DNA of 53,817 bases, the filler included, from Sphacelaria rigidula (taxonomy: Eukaryota): the NCBI GenBank assembly GCA_964200075.2. It is 5 parts of 5 records of this genome, joined end to end, with 100 filler letters (N's around TTAATTAATTAA, not from the genome) between each part and the next. Parts side by side here need not be neighbours in the genome. Positions count along the whole stretch, not along the records: positions 10,785 to 21,468 come from CAXNAA020006086.1; positions 21,569 to 32,252 come from CAXNAA020006087.1; 3 more parts are not named here. One strand, written 5' to 3'. Below, one piece after another: positions 11,656 to 22,650 of this stretch. The stretch's first letter is position 1. Each line of letters begins with the position of its first letter. The position numbers were made by a program, and so were the translations under genes. The notes beneath the pieces are model-generated. The model did not search any database. It was not told where the DNA came from and saw only the letters and a program-made list of their open reading frames with translations.

Positions 11656-13995
11656 ATATGACCATGCATGCCGTAGTCATCAGACCTTTCCTGGTGGTGG
11701 TGGTTTGGGGGGGGGGGGCAAAGCTGTTGATGAGATCCCGTATGGCTTTGTGGAGACACCTATTTTGAACCAGATTTTCCGCCGATTACCCTTGACTCTG
11801 TGTGACTAACCCCCGTACACGATTTTGAGAGTTTTTGTTCGCCGATAACCCTGCGAGTTTTCGAAGGATGGTTGTTGTGGGTGTGAAATGACGATAGATG
11901 GACGAAATACATGTGCACCAGTGGAAAGAGCTTTATGGAACGGTAAGTTGTGGCCAATCGGCGTCCACGATCATTTTGCTATGGTTAGGGGGCGTCGGTT
12001 GCAGGTAGATGTTTGTGTTTCGTTTTCATTCCGTTCATCGTTCTTCTGCTGTGTGCTGACGTCTCTGTACACTCATGCATCACGTGTACAGCTGACGCGA
12101 TCACTGCTGCTGGTTGTGTCGCATTGTGACGGCAAATGTGCCGCTGGGCCAGCCAAGAATTTCTTTGGGGGGTTGAACAGTTCTGACCTGCTCATTTTTC
12201 AGGGATTAGGAACTTCAAATTTGGTGCGACATCTAAGTCATCAAAGCGCGGAAAACAGCGGATGCAAAAAAAAAAGGGAGTTGAAGCGATTCATGTTTTT
12301 TTGAAAAAATAAAATGTCATAACTTGACGAATAAAACATATTCTGGTTTCTTTCGTGAAGAGTGTTTCACTCGCGTGTAGAAGATGTTCGTAAAATTTGG
12401 GCTCCAACCTCTTGAAGTTTGGCAGGACATTCCACCTTCAAGTGTGACCCCGCTGCAGCCCGTCATCTGACTCTATATTTTTCGTTTCGCCGGCTATTGG
12501 GCGTCTCAGAAAAGGCATGTGACTCTCCACGACCCTGTGACCCCTGATAACAGGCCAAAATATTGTAGAGAATGACACCGTTCTCCGGGGTTTCGTTGTA
12601 CCCCACAGAGTGAATGTTCGACTTTCAAAGCCTCAGTCCAAGAACCGGCGTAAACATTTGCGGATGAATCAATATTAGGTCATGGGCGAGCAACAGCCCG
12701 CAGTACTTTTTTGGGTACCGCAGGTCTGAAATGTGATGGTCAAGGCAAAAATTAGATTGATATGATCGAGTCTGTACTGTCCGTACCTTTCCCGTCACGT
12801 CTGCGGGATTACGGCGTCAAGGCTGATGAACGTAGTACTGCACAGGGAGTGGTAGGAGTACGGTGGCGAAACTATAGAGCCGACGCGTGCGCTGTGCAGA
12901 CATGAGCAGTGCGCTCGAGCGGAGCTCGCCTTACTTTACTGCGCGCCGCAGAATATCGTACAGGACTATTTGCACCGTGATGCACGGTACATGAACTGTA
13001 CATACGTACCATACATACTATGAAGGTACAGACTACCGCATACTCTTCACTAACGGTACCTTGCTGTATTGTCCTACCGTATGGCACGGCTGCAGCAGCA
13101 GCCCGACCTGACACCGCCAGAACGAGACAGCGTTTGCCATTTCTCTGTTGCGCTATGACCAGCACATCTGGTTGGTAGGAGCACTCGTTTTGTGCTCGCG
13201 GGTCAGACTCGTTCTCATTTTTCCGTATTGCTTGATGTGACTCGAGCCAGACTTGTTCCTAGTTTCCAGCGTCACTCGAATGACTGGGGTAAGACTCTTT
13301 CTCATTTCTCTGGATGGATGGTGTGAGTCGAGTCATGGCTCGTCTTGCATTTTCTGAAATGACTCGCAGGATGCTAGTCCCAACGGGTCACCCGCTCGTC
13401 CCGTGAAAACTTTGTACCAAAGCCGGTTGAGAGCCGTGTGTTCTTGGCGCGGTACGGGTCAGAGATCTTAAACATCCGCATTTGTTTTTCCTTGATATTT
13501 TTTCGACTGTTCCGGAGAAATGAATATTTCTTTCTGCCGACTCTCCGAACAAGAAATTTAGTGGAAAGAAAATCCCGACCCTAGATTTTGGAGAAGTCTA
13601 CAGCCAGTCTTGAATTAATCTAGTGCCCGACCTGGTGAAGAAATCCGCTTCCACATTTTCAGTGATGGAAGAGTTTTTCTCCCGAAAAAAGTCTGAGAAC
13701 TTGAGGAAAGAAACAGCCCAGTTGATGAGACCGCTAGGGCAGTTTAGTCTCTTACGAATCTCTTCTGAATTTTAGCTGACACTCGAGTACATCACAAGAA
13801 ACATATCGCCTTCCTCAAACATGGCAAAAAGGCTGCTGCCTGGTGAGGGGCCAAACTTTCCTCGTTGCGTCGACTCCGCAGAGGATGATTTCGGGTCCCC
13901 GCTCGGGGCAAGCGCGCAGGCTGCTCCGGTGTACGGTGACGATTTTCAAGGGGTCTCCGTCTGTCGCGCCAGTGCAATCAGCGGCTAGGTGTTAT

Positions 13996-14416
13996 GATGC
14001 ACGCTGAGGTAGGTGGAGGGTGGCCATAGTTGGGAGGAGCGTGGGTACCAAGTGGAAGTGGAGGATAGCGTGCCGCGTGAGCAGCGGTCGGGCTGGTTTG
14101 TATAGGGGACGGCTATGCAACACGAGGCGGCGCGCCGCGAGAGTATCAGGAGGCTGGACGATCTCCTGGGGAGGATGGATATACAAGAGTGAATTGTGCA
14201 TGATGAGTCGCATCCACTCTAACTCTAGCATGTCCATTCTCCCCAGGAGATCGTGCGGCCTCTCGATCCTCCTACGGCGGGCAACCTCGTGTTGGACAGC
14301 CGTTTCCGATACAACTGAGTCAGACCGCTGCTGACGCGGCGCGTTATCCTCCACTTCTGCTTCGTCCCCACTCTCCTCCCAACCATGACCACCCTCCACC
14401 TACCTCAGCGTGCATC
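13996..14416. repeat. Long inverted repeat (~180-bp arms) with an extra partial arm copy at ~14446-14560
   Basis: Perfect 25-bp ends gatgcacgctgaggtaggtggaggg / ccctccacctacctcagcgtgcatc; arms diverge inward. Confidence 0.8.
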
Positions 14417-15362
14417 CAGCGAACCGCAACTTGTGCAAGCGCGATTCTCCTCAGAAGATCGTCCAGCCTCCTGAACCTCTTACGGCGCGTCGCCTCGTGT
14501 TGGACAGCTGTTCCCGACACGAACGAGTGCTGCTGCCACGCTGTGCGTTATTCTCCACTTCTCATCCTCCGCAAAATGGTCATGATCCGGTCGGTTTGGC
14601 TTGTGATTCGTGCGGTACCACGTTCAATTTTACGCGAAGTTGCTCTTGACTGCATATCTTTTGTATACTCTGAATCATACCACGGCAGGGTTTCACGAAA
14701 CACTCATCAGGTTTAGGTTGTCAAGAGCCCTTGATCTCATCCAAGACACGACTCATGGAGTATGTGAGAGCACACCACGATGAGCAATTCCAATGAGCTA
14801 GGGATATATGGAATGAGCCTAATCACGAGAATGTCCTCGGCTATGTTCTCTGCCCGTGACTCCAGGAGCCCCTCAACGATCTGGGCCCAAATGCGCAACC
14901 CCTACCGTGGCATGACTGTCCTGCAGTAGTTGATGGAAGCCTTTTCGTTCTGGGTGCGCTACGGACAAGCCAGCCCAGTCTTGATTGGACAGTATGGGGA
15001 AAGTAATGTGGGCACACTGGAGTACACAAAACAACAACAAAAACATGAAAATATTGTCGCTTGCCATGAGTACGCTTCATCCATGGAGCTACAGCATCGA
15101 CACAACACAGTTTCATTTTTCTATGCGATATCAAATACGTCAGTTATCGCATCCGTCCTGTACTTCGTCTCTGGAGTTGATTCTATTTAGCGCTCTCGCT
15201 GTTCAGCCACCACGTATCTGGACACCTGTATCGGGTGCGTGGGTCATAAGACACATATGACCTCCTCATTTGTTTATCTGAAGAGAATCCTGAGCCAGGC
15301 CATGAATCATACGCACGCCAGTACATTTCTGCCCATAGCCCCGCATTGGTCGTGTTGTACTA

Positions 15363-15768
15363 GAGATAGAAAGTACCCGGCGCGATCGTCGCATCTACCA
15401 CACCTGAACCTGACAACGAACAAACGCAACGAGAGGAGAATTGAGCTCACTCACCCTTTCTCTCTCCATCCTCTCCTTACTGTCCCCTCCTTCCGTTCCC
15501 ATCCGTGCATGCAGGGCGCGGTGTCGATGATGACGAGCTGCAAGAAAATCCGATCCGTGATTTCAGCGTTGGCATGGCCTGAAACGATGGATCGGATTTC
15601 CGGCAGGTTGTCATAACCGACGCCGCGCTCTGCGAGCACGGGGGAACGGGAGGGGATAGTGAGGAAAGGATGGAGAGAGAAGGGACGAGTGAGCTCAATG
15701 CTGCTCTCGTTGCGTTTGTTCTTTGTCAGGTTGAAGTATGTTAGATGCGACGATCGCGCTTTTATCTC
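15363..15768. mobile_element. MITE with ~130-bp TIRs
   Basis: gcgcgatcgtcgcatcta...gaacaaacgcaacgagag vs ctctcgttgcgtttgttc...tagatgcgacgatcgcgc. Confidence 0.75.
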
Positions 15769-16952
15769 TCAACGTGTCTTGTTCCCATATACACACGATA
15801 CAGGCGTTTTCGGTTGTTTATTGCCCTACCGTTAGCGTGATTCCTTTGTTATGTGCTGCTCTCGTGCGTATAGTGCAACTGGGAAGTTTATCACGTCCGT
15901 TGCAAAGCCGAAACAGCTCTGCACAGAAACCGCGGTTGAATAAATAGAGGTGGACAAGAATGCAGTGGAGTATTTTTATTGCTCTCCACGTTTAGACGGG
16001 CAAACACTCATCTCGTAGTCCATTGACACGTACTTGGTCACATTTCCCGCACGTCCTCTGACTAGCTACATGTGAAACTCTGCTGATTGTGCACTGCATC
16101 GTAGCTAACGGAGTAGATCGGACGTTCACGCTTGGAGAGAGAGTATGTATCAATATGTCGATGAGTGCTGCCCCACAGGAAGTTGTTTACCTTAGGAGCC
16201 AGGTTCAATCAGATTGGGTGCTACGTCGATCAAAATTGGCATTCTGTATTGCACTGACGAACGAAGAATGAAAAATCTAGTTTTGAATATTGTCCTTTCA
16301 CATGACCGATATGTACCTGCGTGTATCTGCCCCCCCTACGATGCGCCGCTCTCCACCCTTTGTTCGATGTGTGCTCCAGAGCCGCTGCTGCCGGTCGTCT
16401 CGGAGCAGCGGGGAAATTTCCCGTCTAGCAGTGCTACCCCCCGAGCGACTGGGGAAGGAGGGAGTCTCCCACAGGTGGGACGATGTACACTGGTGTTTGC
16501 ATCAGAGCGCGAGTGTCTGAGTGCAGCAGCTGGCGGTACCGCACAAGGGTGGCAGATGTTGGTGCGTTTCATCGCCGTGCGTTCACGTGTAGAGATAGAT
16601 CATTGGTTTATGTGGTGCATTTTTTTGATTCTCGTGAAGATATTTTCACGAACGTGCATCAGAGTCAGAGTTGACTGCGTCTATGGACAGCTGTTGTAAA
16701 AAGGTGAAGACACGATGTACCCCCAAGGCGCCCAATTCCCGAAGAACAGGCCAAGACTTGTCACCGTGAAAATCAGCACGAACAGCAGCGAAACAGTCCA
16801 AAAAACGTGGAGTATCATTCCCTTCAACCGTGCAAGCACCCCGGAGTGTGCTGCGTGCTCAGATGGATCATGCTTTCACACTATGGAAGCACACCCAACA
16901 CGGCCATCTTGAGGCAGCGAAGAGGATGGCCTAGTACAAGAGTCAACAACAT

Positions 16953-17292
16953 GTGTGGGTGTGTTGTCATTCCATTCAATCTGGACGTCGGTCTATACCT
17001 ATCGGTGTATATGGGCGCACCAGCCGGGGTCACACAGGAGGAAGGCCAACACAGGAGTTTTTTTTTCGTTGTTCTTAGTATCCCACCTTCCTTCTGCGGT
17101 GCTTGCCATCATCTTTTGTCGCAAGGGGGGTCCAGCAGTCCCCTTCGTCGACCGTTAGGTCGAATTTCGTGTACCCACGACATGGTCGTTCTCCACTGTT
17201 GGGCACTGTTTGAGAAAAATCCCAAATCGCTCCGAGACTTGAACCCACGACCCAACTGTCAGAAGGTTTCGAGGTTACCAACTGAGCCACCG
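16953..17292 (-). mobile_element. tRNA-derived SINE, full-length copy
   Basis: Minus-strand head cggtggctcagttggtaac (A box)...gggttcaagtc (B box); CA-rich tail; probable TSD caacaacat (16944-16952) / caacagcat (17293-17301); further copies at 29412-29759, 42836-43035 and 49610-49768. Confidence 0.85.
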
Positions 17293-19299
17293 CAACAGCA
17301 TATCTAATTTCTATTAAACCGATAGTGTGGAGAGCAAGTACAGTAGTGCACGGGGATGCGTTACTCCCAGCAAAGTCCACGTGTAGAACATGTTCGATCG
17401 TCACTCGAAGTTTGCATGTTGGAATCCTAAGTCTGGGGGAATGGGCACGTGTAACATCGGAAGACAAGACCTTCCCTTCCGTTTTTTTCTCGTCTGGTGA
17501 ATTTTTGCGCTAGATGCCGATGGATATTCATCGCCGAAATTTAGTAAAGTAGTCCTCATGGGCTGAAGAACAAGCTAAACGAGGACTACGATCAAGAACG
17601 GCTCCGATCGGTTTATTTATGTCATTATTGTCAAAATCTCAGGCTACAAGTCGTGAATGTAGAGTAGCAAGCTTCCAGGAGGTGTACTAATTGTTTTTTC
17701 TGGCTGAGGCCACCTCGTGCCTGCGAGGAAAATTATCTGAACAGGAGACGTGTTCGTGCAAATGGACCCATCTTGTGGTGGCTATATCTTGTATGCTCAT
17801 ATTGTGTTCACTGATGACATGCTGTGCTGCCGAATGGCCATCGACAGCCCTCCAAAAGTCTCCTGTCCATGCTCATGTGGTCACGTGCGTGTACTGGTCG
17901 CTGAGACATTTGCTTGGAGGTGAAAAGCATTGTTCAAGCCCGAGCGTGCGGATTTTTATTGTGTTTTTACGAATAATGCTGAATTCAGTTTCCAGGGTTC
18001 GAAGCCTAAAACTGTTTGTGGCGATGGCCTTGTGTGCAGTTGGCGTTTTCTCGCAGACAGTGCTCATCACCGTCTCGCTCGCGCTCAAGTCTGCGTTGCC
18101 AATTTTTATGAGTAGGGGCCCGACATCCTCAGTACCCTTGAACATCAGGAGTCGTTCGCGGGCAAGATGATAGCTCTTGTGCGTGCAGACAAAATCGCTG
18201 TCGGATGTCACGCCTCATGTATGTGTCTGCTTTGTTACGAATTTGGCGATGATCATTCCTGATGATACTGTGCCCAATGCCCGTTCTTTTTTGTCGGAGA
18301 GCTGATCGTATGCCCGTTTGGTCGGTGTAGCGAATGTTGGAAATCACTACCCCCATTCCTTTTGATGCTGTTCACGTGCATGGCGGGAGTCGATCATGCT
18401 GTTGTTGCTGTTGTTGTGTCATGTACTTGAAAAATAAATGGAAAGCCCCCACGTGTTCATGTTGTACTAGATGATTACGCGGCTGTGAACTTTGAGGAAT
18501 CATCGTCCTCTCAAGGCGGCATCGAACGTGTAACACGACCGAATGTTACCCTCTTCTTCGGTATCTGTGATTGCACACGGCAGCAGAGGAAGACCGGGAC
18601 GGTGGGGTACCAACGAGCACCGGGAATGCGGCGGGGGAGGGGGGAGGCACAATGTGCCGTTTGCGCTGCAGGCTGGCAATCGCGGGGGGGTGAGGATGCG
18701 ACAGCAAAAGTGAGAGCAAGGCCTGAGATGTGCCATTTGGCGCAGGGGATGGGGCGATTGGCCCGCCAAGCGACGATCCTCGAGCCTCGCCCGACGCCTC
18801 CACCATTGCGGAGCCGACAGGGAGACAATGTGTCTAGTGGGAGGGAGAACAGGGGGCTACAGAGCATGGGAATCATGGCACCAACTACAGCGAGCCAAGC
18901 GCGAGTAGCAGAGTTGCGTGCCGCGAACGCAGAGAAGGTGTGGGGAGAGAGGGACCCTGGCAGGGCAAGGGGCGAGCGCGGACGTCAACAGGCGGGGAGG
19001 ACAATGACCCGTGGGACACGAGTGCGAGGTGCTACCACCAGAGCGAAGGAATGCCGCGGTCAGTCGAGCCAGTCGATGAGGCCACGTTGGCGATTGTAGT
19101 ACGGATGCAGTAGGTGATGGTGGTCGTAGGGAGGGAGGATGGGAGGAGGGGGGAGGGGGGGGTGGGAGTACGTGATTCGAGGGCTAGAAGGGGGGGGACG
19201 CGGGAACAAAATATCGTCTGGTAGGCATCCGCTGCAGTTGTGATGGATGCATCTGACGCTTCTGGCATGGTGTAGCAAAAATGACGTACTGTGGCGGAT

Positions 19300-19960
19300 G
19301 TGTCTGTTGTACCTACTGTACTCGTACGAGGTGAGCGCTACAACTTTTGCCACGGGAGCTGAGGCGGTGGAAGTGTCCGTCTTCCAGGGACGCGGCGGTG
19401 ACAGCTGTGACAAAGCTGAGCGGCTGTTCTTTATCTTCTGTTGTCGGAGTAGAAGCGGTTGCCCATGGGGAAGTCTGCCATGGCAGTAGATGAGTACATA
19501 TGGCGTATATGGTGCTAGTGAATCGTGACGCTGAGTTGGAAGCGACAGTAGAACCCTAGCAGCCCGTCCCGACCTAGTACAGATGTGAGCCTTTCGCAGT
19601 GGCGAATCCTGTGGGAGTTTGTGATGGATGCCGTGCTTCTGAGTTGTCAAGTGGGTGAATGTCGGGCGTGGGATATGGCAGCAGTGTATAAAGCGATATT
19701 TTCCGATGAAGAGGCAGCGCTCGAAACTTTTTCCGCATGATTTCGACCCGGTGATATGTTTCCAAGTGTAAAGAGCTGCCCTCTCACGTAGCCTTGATAT
19801 CTACTCAAGGGCTCCCAGCTGATTTTGCTCAAAAGGCATTCGATGTATATTGTTTGCACGTTGTCTTGTCATCCACAGGTATCTGACGCACCTGAAAGTT
19901 GTATCAATCGGAACCCGATCGTATCCTAGGAGGGTAAGATTTCAAGTACCCGGTGTCGTT
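19300..19960 (-). pseudogene. Possible highly decayed Ty3/Gypsy pol fragment
   Basis: Broken minus-strand frames give QIPVDDKTT...RMPF and FIGKYRFIHCCHIPRPTFTHLT, resembling gypsy RT and RT/RNase H linker motifs. Many stops and frameshifts; resemblance judged by eye only. Confidence 0.3.
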
Positions 19961-21468
19961 GTATCACATGCATTATAGCATGATTGTATGCGGGATTATC
20001 TCGCGGTTGCGCTATGCCGTGAATGTTGATGGCGCAACAGTGCTATTGGAGGTACGTGATGAGTCACGTGGTCTCTGATCACGTACCCACAGCATCATAT
20101 CGTCCACGGTGGACATGCGCCTGAGTTTTTCTAAGCGTGCGTGTTGCGGGGAAACATAGCGCCTCAAAGTATGTAGCATTCAGTGTGGTTACTACCTAGC
20201 ATGCTGCCTCTCTGAGCTGGGTCATCTGGCCGTAGGTCCGAGCACTGGGACGGAGGTGGAAAGGAAGAGGTTAAAAATATGGGCATTCACAAGTGAATAA
20301 CTAGGCGTGTTATCATGCCATACCCCTCGTGTGTGCCAGCTTTGTAACTGATATGTTGACGTAAGGATATTGTACTTGAGGTGATCGCGTGAGTAGTAAT
20401 ACAGTACACCGTATGAGCGCACCAGGACTTCAGCCATAGCACTAGGACAACTTGAAGGGTACACAGTGGCGGTTGGACATACGCGATGATGGTGTGTTAT
20501 CAAAAAGTGTGGGTGGTCAGGGAAGCGGTCGGCAGATGTGCAACAACGCAGCAGCACTAGCGCCTCACCTGATGGTGAAACATGCACATATCTATCGTAC
20601 TTGTTCAGTGTTGAAAATGAATCCATTTCACACCTGTATACAGGTTTAGCGGTAGAATGAATTACGGTTCAGCGTGACAGCAGCGTAAGTACACGTAGAA
20701 CAGACAGTACAAATATGTATAACCGTAGGGTAAATGAATGAGAAGGTCAAACTGTTAAACTGTCAGAATAGTGAAAAGCTTGACTCGAAGAGTCTATATC
20801 ATCAAGAGTTTGTGGATGCAGAGTTCATGGTCATATAGCTGAGTCGTACGGTTCATAGTACGAAATGTGTCGTTGGGATACAACAGTTTCCCGAAATACC
20901 CGCTCGTGGCCACTCTTTATGTTCTCCACTCAATCAATTCTATCAGCTTGTTGATTTCCGCGTGAAAAAGGAACGCAGCGTTTTATTGTGTTTATTCCGC
21001 CAAGTGAAGCGCCAATTGTCAACCATCTTTCTTCTTTCATCGCACAAGCAAGTGTTGAATCAACAGTGTTCAGCCTCTGCGAACTCTGTTGTCGGAGCTG
21101 GGTTCACGTGTTGAACCGATGGTTCCTGTCGAGTTGACAGTCGAACAATGCGTTTTGTTCACAAGCCACAGCACTCCTTTCAACAGGTTTTGAGCCACGA
21201 TATGCAACTACAGTACTGAAATCTTCAGCACCAGAGAGCAGGACGTCACACCGCAGTCGTTCATCACTACAGATAGCGGCAGATGTTGAGAAACTCTTAT
21301 TACGAGCGAGGCTCGACGTCTTGTTTCCTCTCCGATTACTGCAGAAATGCTTAAATTTAAATTCCTTTTGTTCTAAGAGGTGCAAAACGTCAGATGTTTG
21401 ATTGTGAAGTTCTTACTTTGCACAGGCATCAAATACAGTGTTTTCGTGAGATTGAGAGTAGATGATAC

Positions 21469-21568
21469 NNNNNNNNNNNNNNNNNNNNNNNNNNNNNNNN
21501 NNNNNNNNNNNNTTAATTAATTAANNNNNNNNNNNNNNNNNNNNNNNNNNNNNNNNNNNNNNNNNNNN
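21469..21568. other. Artificial contig-joining spacer
   Basis: 44 N + TTAATTAATTAA + 44 N. Confidence 0.97.
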
Positions 21569-21861
21569 GTTATATGGTGGCTTGAGAATATTATGGGTGT
21601 GGTAGGGGGGGGGGGGGGTAATTCCACGGGAAAAGGGTCCATAGATGTGTCAGATAGCCCAACACACTCGCGGTGCGCTTGCATTTGGGAAAAAACGGTG
21701 TCAAGCAGCAAAAATTAAACGTCATTTTTCGGTGACGAGCGCGTTCGAACAACCGCTGCTGCTTTCAACGACGATTTGAACTCGAATTTTGTCGAAGAAA
21801 TGACCCAAAATATCCCCTCGTCCCCTCCCCCTATCGTAGGATGACTCACCATACGAATTCC

Positions 21862-21923
21862 GGTATCGCCAGGGCAGCTCGGCAACCCGCAATTACTCTA
21901 CTTGCATTACGACAAGCTCAGTG
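21862..21923 (+). pseudogene. Antisense LRR exon copy A1 (internal deletion; start approximate)
   Basis: SPGQLGN---PQLLYLHYDKLSG|gtgagt. Confidence 0.7.
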
Positions 21924-22128
21924 GTGAGTCTCTCGGACAAATTTTTTGCGCATACAATATTGCACGAAAAGCGCGCACTCTCAAACAGGTTCCACAGGTT
22001 CCATGCATGAATCCCGCCGGCGGGGTAGGCGCGTAGGCCATCCAATGTTTTCGAAAGGTGGGTGGGACTTAATTGGGACGCCTATTGCCACAAAGGTCTT
22101 AACCTGTTTGTCTACCCGTTTGCTACGG

Positions 22129-22200
22129 GTCCTGTCCCCCTGGACCTAGGGAACCTCGGGGCCCTTAAGCGACAGGCACTTTGAAATAACGAATCGAGCG
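22129..22200 (+). pseudogene. Antisense LRR exon copy A2 (72 nt; acceptor mutated; one stop)
   Basis: GPVPLDLGNLGALKRQAL*NNESSG|gt; acceptor reads CGG. Confidence 0.85.
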
Positions 22201-22349
22201 GTCTTCTCGACCACAATTTCCGAAACAGTATTCGATACCATATAATATCGGTCTTGCTAGCGCATCGGAACGTATGCCATCACATGCTCACGAAGGGTAA
22301 ACATTCGACAGTTAGTATTACTTCTTCGCCGCTGTGATGCTTTTTCCTG

Positions 22350-22422
22350 GATCCTTTCCTGAGACGCCGGGAGCTCTCAGCGAGTTGTGGACGCATTGAC
22401 TCTTGCAACACGCAGCGTTCAG
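22350..22422 (+). pseudogene. Antisense LRR exon copy A3 (73 nt; inverted paralog of S5)
   Basis: GSFPETPGALSELWTH*L/CNTQRSG|gtaact; acceptor reads CTG; both flanks align to the S5 flanks. Confidence 0.8.
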
Positions 22423-22578
22423 GTAACTTTCGTTTCAGGTGGAGGTTTGGATATCGACTTTTGTCGGCTTCGGGAGCTTGTATCCAACGTACGCACATGT
22501 CCTAGAGAAACAAGATCGTGGTTAGGATTCATCTTGAAATTTGCGCGGGAACCATATCATGTGTACGTAGTACCTCAC

Positions 22579-22650
22579 CGCTTAGCCGGTTTCCCTCAAG
22601 GTAGAGGTACTCCAGTGCTGTGAGGTTTCCAAACTCCGGCGGGATGGAAC
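22579..22650 (-). CDS. Sense LRR exon S8 (72 nt)
   Basis: GSIPPEFGNLTALEYLYLEGNRLS; tgcag| ... |gtgagg. Confidence 0.9.

Noticed and set aside
17220-17292. tRNA gene (also ~29690-29759)
   Set aside because: A and B boxes are present but continue into a shared non-tRNA body and tail; these are SINE heads.
20700-21468. Coding-like minus-strand frames as the continuation (ROC/COR) of the LRR gene
   Set aside because: They lie across an artificial spacer on a different contig, contain stops and show no GTPase motifs.
22419-22501. Apparent terminal exon of the LRR gene (ctag|GHVRTLDTSS...KVT*)
   Set aside because: It is the donor flank of antisense cassette A3 (homologous to the S5 intron flank), and the cassette array continues beyond it.
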